Below, in pieces: positions 24,762-36,634 of a DNA stretch of 64,000 nucleotides (positions within the stretch are counted from its first letter, which is position 1; each line of letters opens with the position of its first letter). The position numbers were made by a program, and so were the translations under genes. The DNA is taken from positions 310,001-374,000 of the forward strand of contig RSEE01000061.1 in the NCBI GenBank assembly GCA_003971905.1, given 5' to 3'. The notes beneath the pieces are model-generated. The model saw nothing but the letters and a program-made list of their open reading frames with translations. It was not told the DNA's origin and searched no databases. Source of the DNA: Moniliella sp. 'wahieum' (taxonomy: Eukaryota).

Positions 24762-26031
24762 ATGGCCACCGCTGCTGCTGCTGCTGCTGCTGCTACTCCC
24801 GCGGCTCCCCGGCGTCGCGTGCGCCTTTTCAGCGCCGAGGATGTCGCCTCCCATTCTACGCTCGACGACTGCTGGGTCGTGCACGAGGGTCGTGTGTTGA
24901 CGTGACTCCGTTTGTCGAGGACCACCCGGGGGGCGATGACTTGCTCCTGCCCTACGCTGGTAAGGACCTGGCCGGCGCCATGGCGGACCCCGAGCTGCAC
25001 ACCCACTCTGACTCGGCGTGCTGTGCTGGACGAGTACTACATTGGCCGTCTTGCTTCGACCGATGACATGGCCAAGGTCAAGTTGGAGCAGGCTAGCACC
25101 CTGGCTCAGATGGAGGCTGCGGGCGTAGACGTGGCGACACTCACCAAGTTTGGTGGCGTGCAAGGGGGCAACTTTAGTGGCAAGGACGAGGACATTGTGA
25201 TCACGTCGGACTTTAGTCCCGACGATACTGATACCGCTCGGGACTTGGCCCAGCACCAGTTCCTCGACCTGACCAAGCCGCTCATTCCGCAAATGTGGTT
25301 TTCCACGTTTGACAAGGCCTTTTACCTCGAGCAGGTCCACATTCCGCGCCATGTCAAGGGCTCCGCGCCCCTCTTTGGGCCATGGTACCTGGAGATGTTT
25401 ACCAAAACGCAGAGTGGTACGTGCCGGCGCTCGTTTGGCTGCCCATCGCAGCTACGTTGGCGGCTCGGTCGCTGTGCCAATTCAGTCTGTTGCCCGTGCC
25501 ATCACCATTTAATGTGCCGGCCTGCTGGGCGACTTACTTCCACTCCCTGGCTTTGATCACGCCCGTGTCATGGCTAAGTCTAGCGGTTGCAATTGCCAAT
25601 GGCATGCTCATCTGGTCGCTGCTGGAGTATGGCCTGCACCGGTTCCTGTTCCACATTGATGCCATTTTGCCCGACCGCCCTATCTTCCTGCTTCTGCACT
25701 TTCTCCTGCATGGCGTGCACCACTACCTCCCCATGGATGGTCTTCGGCTTGTCATGCCCCCTTTGCTGTTCTTCCTCCTGCAAGCGCCCTTTACCAAGTT
25801 GGCGCACGCTGTTCTTCCCACGGCATTTGCCAATGGTATCATTGCTGGTGCCTTCTTTTCCTATGTCGGCTACGACACCACCCACTGGGCCCTGCACCAC
25901 TCTCGTTCCCCGCTTACCTGATGGAGCTCAAACGGTACCACCTTGAACACCACTACAAGAACTACGAGCTTGGGTTTGGCGTGACCTCCAAGCTGTGGGA
26001 CTTGGTCTTCAACACCCAGTTTAATCCGTGA
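24762..26031 (+). CDS. SCS7: Sphingolipid fatty-acid alpha-hydroxylase (cytochrome b5 fusion)
   Basis: Cytochrome b5 domain with HPGG, FYLEQVHIPRH, His boxes EYGLHRFLFH, HFLLHGVHHYLPMD, THWALHH and YHLEHHYK, then GFGVTSKLWD. Poly-Ala (GCT)n after the start; frameshifts. Confidence 0.95.
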
Positions 26032-26954
26032 GCGTCGGTTGCCAACAGCCCTAGCCACGGTTGAGGCGCAAGACGGCAAATTAATTGGCCCCTTTTGACT
26101 TGTACACTGTTTCCTTTGTTTCCGCATTCGCGCCTGCTGCCTAACCTCGAAAAGCCTAAGCTAGGGGGAGAGGCAATAATACTCTCATGTATACGACTGT
26201 ATGGTACAGGTGCCGCTGGCTGCGTTGATGCCCATTGATTATCATGTCTGACTTGGTTGGATACGAGCGTTTTGGCTCTGCAATGTATGGAGTGGTCTTT
26301 CGCGTTACTGCCTCAGTGTCAGTGTCAGTTGACATTATGCAGTTCTTGTGATTGGGGATGCACGTTGCACACCCTTGTTGCTTGGCCCAGGTCATAGACC
26401 ACTGGGGTCCCCTCTGGTGGTAAGCATTTCCCTTCTGAATCTGTAATGTATATTACGCCCTTGGACCCACTTATTTTCGACTGTTTTCGTGCCTTGTTAA
26501 CTTGAACCCCAGAAAGGACATGCGAATTGTTCTTGCCTAATCTTTTTGTGTTACTTTGCATGATGCATCCCCCGTCCTTTTTCCTGCTGTGGCGTGAGAA
26601 GTAGTAATAGTAACCCCTTGAGAGCTGTTAGTGGGGCCGAGAAGCAGAGGTGGCCCGGCGTGCCGCGGTTGGTGCACCCACTGCGCCGGACTTTGGCCGC
26701 AAAAAGCAGAGGATCCACGGCAGACAACAGCTGGTGAGCAATGGAAGAGGGCAGATCCATCGCGTCCTATCGACCCAGCTCCGTTCCACCGTAGTATTGT
26801 CGAGAGCCCGGGGAAGAACGAGCGAAGGAGGATGCGAGTGTACTCACGTGACCAACGGCGTTCTGTGGCGGCTAAGCTGCATCAGCGCCCAGCCGGCTCA
26901 GGCCACATGGGCAGTGTCAATAGCGAGGGGGCTGGTGACATCATCAGCCATTGT

Positions 26955-26992
26955 CATGCATCATGCATCACCCACCGTGCATCATGCATCAT
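26955..26992. repeat. Period-7 arrays (CATGCAT)n, i.e. palindrome ATGCAT + C
   Basis: catgcatcatgcatca..gcatcatgcatcat about 100-140 bp upstream of RAD6. Confidence 0.85.
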
Positions 26993-27094
26993 TAGGTAGT
27001 CACTACCTCTAGCCCAAGCCTCGCTTGTCCTGTTCGTCGCTCGGTTGGGGCGCGGCGTGTTGCACGCCCCCCACCACCATCCCCAGCGTTCCCC

Positions 27095-27671
27095 ATGGCC
27101 ACCCCGTCGCGCAAACGTCTGATTCGGGACTTCAAGCGCCTGTCTGCCGACCCACCCGGGGCATCTCCGGCGCGCCCGTTGGCGACAACCTGATGGTATG
27201 GAACGCCGTCATCTTTGGCCCGCTCGACACGCCGTTTGAAGATGGCACGTTCAAGTTGGTCTTGACGTTTGACGAGTCGTACCCGACCCGCCCGCCGCAC
27301 GTCAAGTTCCTTACCAAGATGTTCCATCCGAACGTGTATGCAAATGGCGAACTGTGTCTCGACATTCTGCAGAACAGGTGGAGTCCGACGTACGACGTGA
27401 CTGCCATCCTGACCTCGATCCAGTCGCTGTTGCACGACCCCAATCCCAATAGGTACGTCGGTCGTGCTCCGAGGTGCGTGCCGAAGCATAGCTGACCCTG
27501 ATCTCCCCCACCCAGCCCAGCCAACGTGGAAGCCGCCTCGCTGTACCGCGAGAACATGCGGGAGTACGTGAGGCGGGTCAAGGCGACGTGGAGCAGAGCT
27601 GGCTGGACGACGAAGACGATACGACCCCTGGGGCCGAGCCAAACGGTATGGACCTTGGGCCCACTGCGTAA
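27095..27671 (+). CDS. RAD6: Ubiquitin-conjugating enzyme E2 Rad6/Ubc2
   Basis: [69 protein letters not shown] and a short acidic tail. Intron 27453-27515. Confidence 0.97.
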
Positions 27672-28963
27672 AGTGTACTGCTCAGCACGCATCCCCAGTA
27701 TGTCGCGCGGACGTCTCCTTTCCCTTCTTTGTCTGCTCTGGGCAAGGTGGGGGGACACAGATGACCTACCCACCCCTCTGTCTGCCCCTACCCCTACCCG
27801 TACCCTTTCATCTGATTGCATCCCCTCCATTAACCATTTCCAGTCGTCTTGCTATGTGTTGCGCCGCTCAGCGGGCGGAGCACGGACCCGGAGCCACTGC
27901 GCTGGGCAAAGCCGGTGCGGCTAATGTGCTGAGTGGCTTAATATCCAGTAGACAGCCAAGAGGCCGCGTGCAAGGGGCGTGCACCTAATGTGAGGCAGGA
28001 GGTGGTCCGCTTTTGCGTTTTGACCCAGAGGAGGAGCCACATTGCTGAGGGGAGAGCTCAGTTGGGAGAGATTGCTGCGTGGAGGGTGGGCCAGTGTTGA
28101 AACCATGAAAGAACCTCAGGCTCCTGAGGTTGGCACTATACTCTTGTACTTACTGCGGCCAAGTTTTCACCCTGCGTCTGGGCCTTTGTCACATGTCTGC
28201 CTTCCTTGCTCCAAGCTTCTGCATCTGTTTTGTCCCCGTGGGGGCGCCACGTTTCCCGCCCTTGTATCCCGACCCGGTTCGCCTTGAAGGAAGATTCAGC
28301 TCTGGACTGCGATGCAGTTTTGCGACTGATAGGAATCCTGGAAAGCCCAAGAACCCCGAACCTGTGGAACGCGGTGGATTGAGGATGGCTTCTACGGCAC
28401 CCAGGCGACCTGAGGATAGGTAGGCCCGATGAATCTTTCTCGTAGTGAATGTTGTTCGATGGAGATCAACAGGTTGGTTACCTCCTGTTATATGTTCCCC
28501 TCTGTGCGCCCGTCGACTCGTCATGCATCATGCGCGCCAGGTTCCTGGTCCAAGCGGTCCATTGACCGTGTTTATGGTAAGAAGCTTTTTGTTATAGCCA
28601 CAGAGAAAATATGCGTCCACAACGGGCCACACCTCTTTCATCTGATTCACACGTCGTACTAGCAACTTTGGAGCGCCCTCCCGCTTAATCGCCCTTCTCC
28701 ACCGCAACATTGAAGGGGTATATGTAGCAACGTTCAGACCGCTCCACGACACGAGTGTTTAGTTCCCATCGAACCAGCGCGCGGTCACCTACTATTACTA
28801 CGTGCATGGCGGGGCCGATAAGAGACGCATGCATAGGAGTCGATAATCGGGAAAGAAGAGTCCAAAGTTCGTCCATGGTCCATTATGGGGAAGGGAGAAG
28901 GGGTATGAGCGAAAAAGAGAGGCAGCCAACGAGGGTGGAGCTCGGATGATTGCAGAGAGCAGG

Positions 28964-30546
28964 CTACCCAAGTTTGCACAGTTCGTCGGAGAACAACCCA
29001 AACGACTGTGTCGAGTCGGGCACGTACCAAAACACGACGGGCAATGACCCAACAGCACATGAGCAGGTAGCCCTCCAGCCAGTTGGCCCTGCCGTCCGAG
29101 ATGGCCGAGTTGACAATCAATACCGAGAGGAACAAAAAGATGGAAACAAACGGATCAAAGAGCAAGCTCAACGGTTTGTCCCCGCACCACGCAATGACGA
29201 CCACAGAGGAATGACAAAAATCGAGATCTGAATCGACGATCCCACCGCCACGCCCATCGACAGGTCCAGCTTGTTCTTGACGGCCACAGTGACGGCCGTC
29301 ACGTGCTCCGTAGCGTTGGATACGATGGGGATGATGATGAGCCCAATCCAGGTTCGCGGTGCGCCCGCAGCAGCGACCGCATCAATCGAGTCCACCAACC
29401 ACTCGCACGTGACACCGACCAAAACGGTCGAGACGACCAGCGTACCAAATGCGACCCAGGTAGAAATTTGCGGCGTCTCCTCGTCCTCATCCGGGTGGTC
29501 GGGAGGTGGGGCGTGCGGTCAGGCAGGTAGGGTGCATCACAATATCGGGGCTCTTCTTGGACGACTCGGACCCTGCCAGTGTCGACTCGTTCTCCGCCGG
29601 CGTGTTTTCAACACATGTACTTGTGCGACGAGAGGGTGAAAAAGAGGTAGGCGAGATAGACGGTTAAGAGGATGATGCTCACACCGCGCGAAAATTGGAG
29701 CACCTTGCCGCGCTCCGAGGGATCGGGATGTTGGGTCCCAAGACGGCGTGGTACCCGGCCGGGGTCAGGACCGAGAGGGTGGCCATGACAAGCAAGCTCG
29801 AGTTGAGCTGGGCAGCAGTGGCATGGAACGTCTGTTCCTTGTACTTGATTCCGCCCGCAAAGAAGCACATGCCAAGCACCAGCAGCAGGTTGGACAACAC
29901 ACTGCCCACCAACGAGGTTTGGACAATGGTCAGTTCGCATTGGAAGCAAGCAATGATGGCCGTGATGAGTTCGACTGCGTTGCCTAGCGTCGCATTGAGC
30001 AGACCCCCTAGCGTATCGCCGACCCGCAGAGCAATTTCCTCGGTTCCAAACGACAACAATTGGGCCAGGGGTATAATGGCCAGAAAGGAAACAACAAACG
30101 GCAATGCCATGGTTCTTGACTGTCTTGTCCGTCTCTGGCAACCCATGGTCTTGCGACTTGAAGACAAAATGCAGAGCCCATGAGATGGGAATGCAGACCA
30201 AGAGTGTTGAGCCAGCTAAAGCAGATGACCGTCTTGATGCTTTCTAAATGACCCGGCGAAGGCGCAACGGGCCGATCGGGGGTGAGGAGTTCAGTGACGG
30301 TGCGGCCGAGGCGGTGGGTAGCCAAGGCGCTGTCGGCCGTGGCGCGACGGGGGATGCCGGCACCAGGACCACCCAGTCCGGGGGGGGAGCTGTCGGCGCC
30401 GGTGCCACGGCGCTGAGGAGCGTGGAAGGAAAGGACTGGCGGGCGGGAGAGAGGAGGGTCGAGGTCGGCGCTGGCGGTTCGGCCTGGCCCTCCTCGAGGC
30501 CGAGGGTGTTGCGCTTGACGGGCTTGCGCACAAAGGGGAGTTGCAT
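28964..30546 (-). CDS. VCX1: Vacuolar Ca2+/H+ exchanger (CAX family)
   Basis: LLNATLGNAVELI (alpha-1), GSVLSNLLLVLGMCFFAGG, IVSNATEHVTAV (alpha-2), GVAVGSSIQI and DGRANWLEG. Frameshifted. Confidence 0.93.
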
Positions 30547-31152
30547 GGCGGCCACCCAGGCTGTGTGAGAGAGGGGTGGGGGGGGGAGCAGGAGGAAGAG
30601 GTGGTGGAGGTGGTGGGAGACAGGAAGAAGGCGGTGGTGGTGAGGCTCACGCGCCGAGTGGCAAGTGCTGGTGTGAGGCTGACGCTGAAGCTGGCGGTGA
30701 AGCTGGAGGCTGGGACTGTCGATGGGCGGCAGAAGCACGCATGCGAACTGGAGGCGCACTGGGGTGCTGGCCCCCTGCCGCCCCCGCACCGCATGCGCTG
30801 GGCCAGGCAGGCACCGTGTGGCCTCGCGCCTGGCCGCGGACGAAAAAAACAGTGCGTGACGCGTGACGAGGCACGAGGGCGGCATGCGAGAGCCGGGCCG
30901 GACAGCGCGAGCCAACCGCCGCGTCACGCGTCGTGTCTGGCGAGCGGGCGCCTCTGCTTGGCCTCTGCTTCGCCGCATGCGGCCGCTGGCATGCGGCCTG
31001 CGCAGCGCCTGCCCCGTGCAACCAGCACTGCCACAGCCCACAGCCCGCCGCAGCAGAGCCACATGCACTGCTTATCTCAGCACACACTGCCCTCCCGCCG
31101 CCCCAGCGCTGAAACTGGAAGCCGGCTCAAGCGTGGGGCCTGAGGCTCGTGG

Positions 31153-31175
31153 CGCGTGACGCGTGACGCGTGACG
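31153..31175. repeat. Period-7 array (CGCGTGA)x3
   Basis: cgcgtgacgcgtgacgcgtgacg. Shorter copies at 30854-30868 and inverted at about 30921; all upstream of VCX1. Confidence 0.9.
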
Positions 31176-33409
31176 TTGCATGCTCGGGACGCCAACCCGC
31201 CTTAGGCTGCCCCCCTGCGGACGCCCGATTGGGCGTGGGTCTTGGCATCGCTCTGGTTGCTCTCTGTGCTAGTGCGAGCTGCGAGCGCGCGCGCCTGCTG
31301 CCATCTGCACCAAATAGCAGTCCCTGCCTGCAGCATGCGGCAGTGCGGCAGGGTAGCCCTGTGGAACCATGCAGCCCTGCGCAGCCACGACAGGCCGCGG
31401 CACAGGCCGGGAGGCCAGCGTGGCACGCATACGCGTCACGTGCACGCGACCCTGCCAGCTGCATCTGGGGGCAGGGACGGACCCTACTCGTAGCGCGCAC
31501 GCCTGTGACACGGCACGGCGCCTGTGTAAGCGAGCCACCCGCCACATGCCCCGCGTCCAACGCATGGTTAGCGCTAAGGCTTAGCTTAGCCGGCCAGCTC
31601 GTCTCTAGAGCACCCATATGTCATTCCGGCGCCCCTCGGTCATCCCCAGGCCCACGGTCAGCTCACGGTCACCATCCCTCCGAACGCCAGCGAGGCCGTT
31701 CCTGCTAGAGCAGCGGGCGTACTTTCCATCCCCCAGGGGCTGCCCATCTCACAGACTTCCCTCCAGATCAGGTCACCGGTCAGGCACCAACGGGGCAGGG
31801 GTTGTGTGCCGCGTCCCCCTTGTCGCCCACATGCAACATCGGTGGTGGTCCGGTGGCGTGTCCAGGCCCGTCCAGACAGCCAGTGCCCTCATTAATCCGC
31901 ACTTGCAACAGTACTCTTTCTTTCCTTCATGATTTACCTCCATTGTGCCCCTCCTTTGCCCTCTGATTGTATCGGCCTACGCGCCTCTGCTTGCTGTCCA
32001 GCGGCTCGCAATCACAGTCGGCATCACTCACTCTCTCAGATCTCATATCTCATATCTGTCTTTCAGGCGAGACCAGCGGCCAGCGGCAGGAGGGGTGCGA
32101 AGTTTTTCGACGGGAGCATCCCTATACTTGGGAAAACTTTTGAACGCTTGATTCGTGACTAGTGAGTGACTAGGGATTCTGGCCTCTCGAGATCACAACG
32201 AAGTGACTAGCTAGCGACTAGTGACTAGCACTATTCTAGCGAATGCTGCCCCGCCCTGCTCACCCACCCCGCCTTCTCATCACCTAACCATCATCGCCCA
32301 TCGTCTCCATCGCCCATCGCCTTCGTAACTGCCATCTCCATCGCCAACGCTCCCACCCACCATCTTTTCTCCTTCTCGTCTGGCCTGCCGCGTCACACTT
32401 GCGCCTCTCTGTGCGGGCCCTCGCTGGGCCGCACCAGGTAACTTCTCTGCGCAGCGCGTTTAACTAAAGCCAAGTTTCGCGCTATGTTTCTTTTGCGTCT
32501 CTACCCCCGCACTCACGGAGACGCGATATCGACTCCCCTCGCCCAGTTAGCGCAGACGAGGACATTGTCTCGAACAAGATGGCTATCAACAAACGTACTC
32601 TCTACCCTCCCCAAAGGGGCTCGCTGTCAGCGTTATGTTGCTGGTGGAGCTGCGGCTGCCCCAATCGTATATGCATTCAACTCCCACTTTGAGCAGGAAC
32701 AGTCCCCTCTGGCGTAACCTTGGCTCATTTCTATTCTGTCGTCGAAGACGCCGACCATACCAGGTGTGGTGCGGGGGTCGACTTTGAAGTGACAAAGCGA
32801 ACGAGACTTACAATAAAGTGCTGTGCAGGTTGAATTGTCATGCGGAGGGTAAGCCGGTTGTACGTGGTGTCTTGGCGCCCTTAGTATTGCTATTGAGCTT
32901 GCCAGTTATTGGCTGTCGAGCGGCGTGTGCTGTCCTCGCTCTTGACCACTTGTGTGCTTGGATCGCCGGCCCGTCACGGGTCGATTCCTCCTCGTCTGAC
33001 CCACCGGGGCAGGGAAGTGTGGCAGTCTGTACCCAACGGCGAATGTGGATCTACCCTCACTCCTTGATGTGTATGACGGGACGAACGAGGGAGACGCGTG
33101 AAACCAGCGCTCATCATGTAAATAGATAGGGGTGGGCATCACCTACGACTGTCTTCTGTAAGAAATGAGGGATCGTGCCGCTGTGAAACGAGCCAAGTGT
33201 TGACCGTAGTCATCTCCTGTATCTTGAGCCGGGGGGCGCGTGAGAGAGAGAGGTCTCCTCCGCCGACCGAGTGTGATGTCCACGAAAGAAACACAAGATA
33301 GGCGGGACAGGGCCAGTGAAATTTCAGCTGGTGGGGCGCTATTAACTATTCAGCACGTCTGAGCCCCCGTGGAGCGTTGGTTGAGCTCTTGAGTCTGGAG
33401 GCTCAGCCG

Positions 33410-35886
33410 ATGGAGAGCGCAACCCACTGCTGTCCACCTCAACATCCGCCCAGGCGAAGACACGCTGCTCCTCCCCCCTCTGTGCCCAGTCGGTGCGCAC
33501 GGCCTCCCATGGGCCCGTCCGATGCTGCTCGCACCCGCGGATCTTCGCCGCGCCTCTGCTCCTCCCCGCCCCCCACCGCCTCTCCCCCGCCGCGCCCAGG
33601 TGTGCTGGCCGCCGCGCTCGACCGCCTCCGCGCCGCCGTCGCCGTGCCCCCTGAGCCTGCGTCCGAGTCGCTCATTGCCGCCCGCGGGCTGGACGCTGAT
33701 CTCTACACGCCCCCCCTGGTCTTACGCTCCGCAACTCCCGCTCCGCCCCCCATGTGCTGCCGCCGCAGCACACCTCCACCTCCACCCCGCCTGCGTACCA
33801 TCCTGCCCCCCGTGCTGGTTGGCGCACGAGCAGCCCCCCCCCACTCTCTCCCACGCTCCCCCCCTCCCCCTTCCCGTCTCCATACCCGGATCGCCTCCCC
33901 CGCCCCGGCGGAAAGGCTTCCCTCTCCCACCGTCTCCTGCCCGATGCGCGCAGTGGCCCAGAGTCCGACCCGGATCCCACGCAAGGCACCGCCCAGTTTC
34001 GACGGTACCTAGCCTTCCATGCTTCGACGACAGTGTGCCTGGGCTCGATGGCGAAGGGGAGATGTTGGCTCCAACAGGGGTGGGCGGGGCAGTGCTGCGC
34101 AACGTGCCCAATGGTGTGCATCGCCCCTACGGCACAATGGCTGCCACCGGTGGCCATCACGCTACCCCCCGCCAGCGACCTGACTCGGAGCTGAGCATCA
34201 GTCAGAAACAACATGGGTGGTGGTACAACCTTTTTCGCCCACCTGCCAGCACGGTGGAGCGGTGGCTCAACTCATGGATCCAGCAATGGTCCATCCTTGT
34301 GCTGATTCCAAGCTGTATTGTACGTTCCTCTTCTCCCATGGCTAGCCCTATTGGATTGGGGGGGGGATGTAGCTGACGCGCTGACGCCTGATCCCATCCC
34401 CATCGTATTCAGGTATGGGTCTGGTGTGCCGTCCCGTTCCCCAAGTCCACCCTACTGATCCAAATGGTCCTTGGTGCGCCGGCCCAGCACCTCCGCCGTG
34501 GTGCGCCCCACCCCAATCGGTATCTCTCCCAGCCGATCCTGCGTCGGTTCCTGCGTCGGTTCCTGCGTCCCTGGGAATCCGGATCTTCACATTCATTCAC
34601 CTCTGGATGTCAGCGACCGAAGATCAAGTGTGGCGCTTCCCATGGACCTGGACGCTGCCGACCCTGTCGGTTGATGCGAACTTTTGGTTTTTTTCATCTT
34701 TTACTATGGCCTCTACTCGGCTGTCGGTTTGCTCTGGATCACCCAGCTTTTTACCCTATACGACTCAACTGGTGGCCCAAAGCGCTGGGCGCCAAGATTT
34801 CTTACTCCTTTTTCTGGCTCGCCTCGCTCGCTGTCGGATACGGATTGCACGAGTTGGATCTCTACCGCGGGCGACGGGCGCCTCGGACCCCTCTGACCCA
34901 AGCGGGGACGATGGTTGGGATTGGGAAGGGGACGATGTTCAATGGCAACGCAAGACCATGTGGGTGGGACTGACGTTTCTACGATGGCCATGCCGGCCCT
35001 GGTCTGTTTCGTCGGGTTGCGTCGGTCGGGACGGGCACGGTACAGTATGATGGTTACCGATCTCCAGCGCACCTTTCTCGAGCGACACAATCGCCGCATT
35101 CCGGCCTCCTACACTCGCTTTCTCTGGTTTATGATGGCGATCGGGATGGCCTTGGGTGCCCTGGTTTGGGCCAAGCCTATGCTTCCGTCTTTCTCTCCAC
35201 CTTGCCCCACTCGGGATTGAGGGCACGGCCTATGTGATGATCTGGCAAGGGACGGTGACTCTGTTGACGCTGGTCAGTAGCTGGGTGCTAAAGCAGCGTG
35301 CGCAGTCGAGCGTGAGCTTTTGTTTCGCTACTACTTTTTCCTCACGTACTTTATCTTTTAACCACGCAACTTGTTTGCCCGCCTCCAATCCTTCAACCAG
35401 TTTGCTCTGCTTCAACTGCTCTCGTCGTCTGGATCTGTATTTGGTATCCGATCTCCATGTCCGTCCGGCGCACCGTGCGGCGTCGTTCTTTGATCGCAGC
35501 CCAAGTCGTGGGAAGAGTACGCGGAAAATGTAGGACTGGCATTTTACCAGCGCAACCTAGCGCAGAACACGACAATGGTTGCCTTTTTGGGCTGGGTGTC
35601 CATCCTGCACTTTGGATCGAACCAAACCCTCTACCCGTTCTTTGCGTTTGGCGATGAATACGGGTACTCCAAGACGATGCTGGGTGCAAGCGCCATCTGG
35701 GCATCCGAGTTGGCTTCCGCGTTTGTCGCACGCGCACTGTGCAAGCATTTCTTTGGCGTCGACGTGACCAACCTCGGACTGGGCGATCTGCGCGCCTACC
35801 CGGAACTGGTCCCGACGTGTCTCTGGACTTCGGTCCATGTGTGCATGGAGATGCTGCTCTTTCTGATCAAATTGCCGTTCCGGTAA
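33410..35886 (+). CDS. Fungal multi-pass membrane protein of unknown function with Pro-rich N-terminus
   Basis: Hydrophobic segments joined across frameshifts: WSILVLIPSCIVWVWCAVPFP, NFWFFIFYYGLYSAVGLLWITQLF.LYRLNWWP, RRIPASYTRFLWF, GWVSILHFGSNQTLYPFFAF and YPELVPTCLWTSVHV. Intron 34320-34412. Start codon uncertain. Confidence 0.75.
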
Positions 35887-36634
35887 ACGCGCCGCCACCC
35901 AGTATCTTTCGATGATTGGTTGAGCCTGTCTCCTGTTGCTTTTTGACTTGGATCCAGGATCCAGGATCGCGCACTCTGCATCTGCATATTCCCTCTCTGC
36001 TCTGTGTTTTCTTCTTCTCCTGTCTTGCTTCTCTTCTCTTCTCTTTCTCTTTCTTTCTCTTCTCTTCTCGCTTCCCCTACCGACGATACCACCGCGGCTT
36101 CGAATGTCCATCCAGTACCCTCTGATTTGTTGCAACTAGTCTAGCTGCCAGATCCTTTAACGATTGTCAGATCTTTTAAAGGGAGAAAGGGGGAGAGCGC
36201 ACGTCCAATAACGAGAATCAGCCATCTGTCCACTCGAGTCGTCTAGTTGGGATTGACAGCAGTCCGTGCCCAGGCCGGCGACGGACTATTCCTCTCCTGC
36301 TCATAGGAGTAGCGGTGTGTGCTGTAGCTTTGTCAACGTTGTCAACCTTTTCCGGAGGAGTTGGGAGGATGCTGGGCCCAAATACCCACCAAAGGGGAGA
36401 TATATCTAGGGGCGGTGGCCGTAGCAATCTAACCTACCTTGAAAAATCAGCTGCAGTCGTCAGACCAGTTACGTCAGGAGGTTCATTAGGGTTGGGTGGA
36501 CACTGCCCCTCGGCCGTTCCGAACCCCGTTTTTTTTCTTTTCCCTTCGGAGGCTGGAGGTGGCCTGGGGATGGTTCAGCTACGCTGACGCCGCTCCCCTG
36601 CCGCCTTGCCACCAATCTTACTTGGGTGCTCGAG

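Noticed and set aside
34538..34570. 12-bp tandem repeat CCTGCGTCGGTT x~3
   Set aside because: It is a short in-frame coding repeat (PASV) in a loop of the membrane protein; unremarkable.
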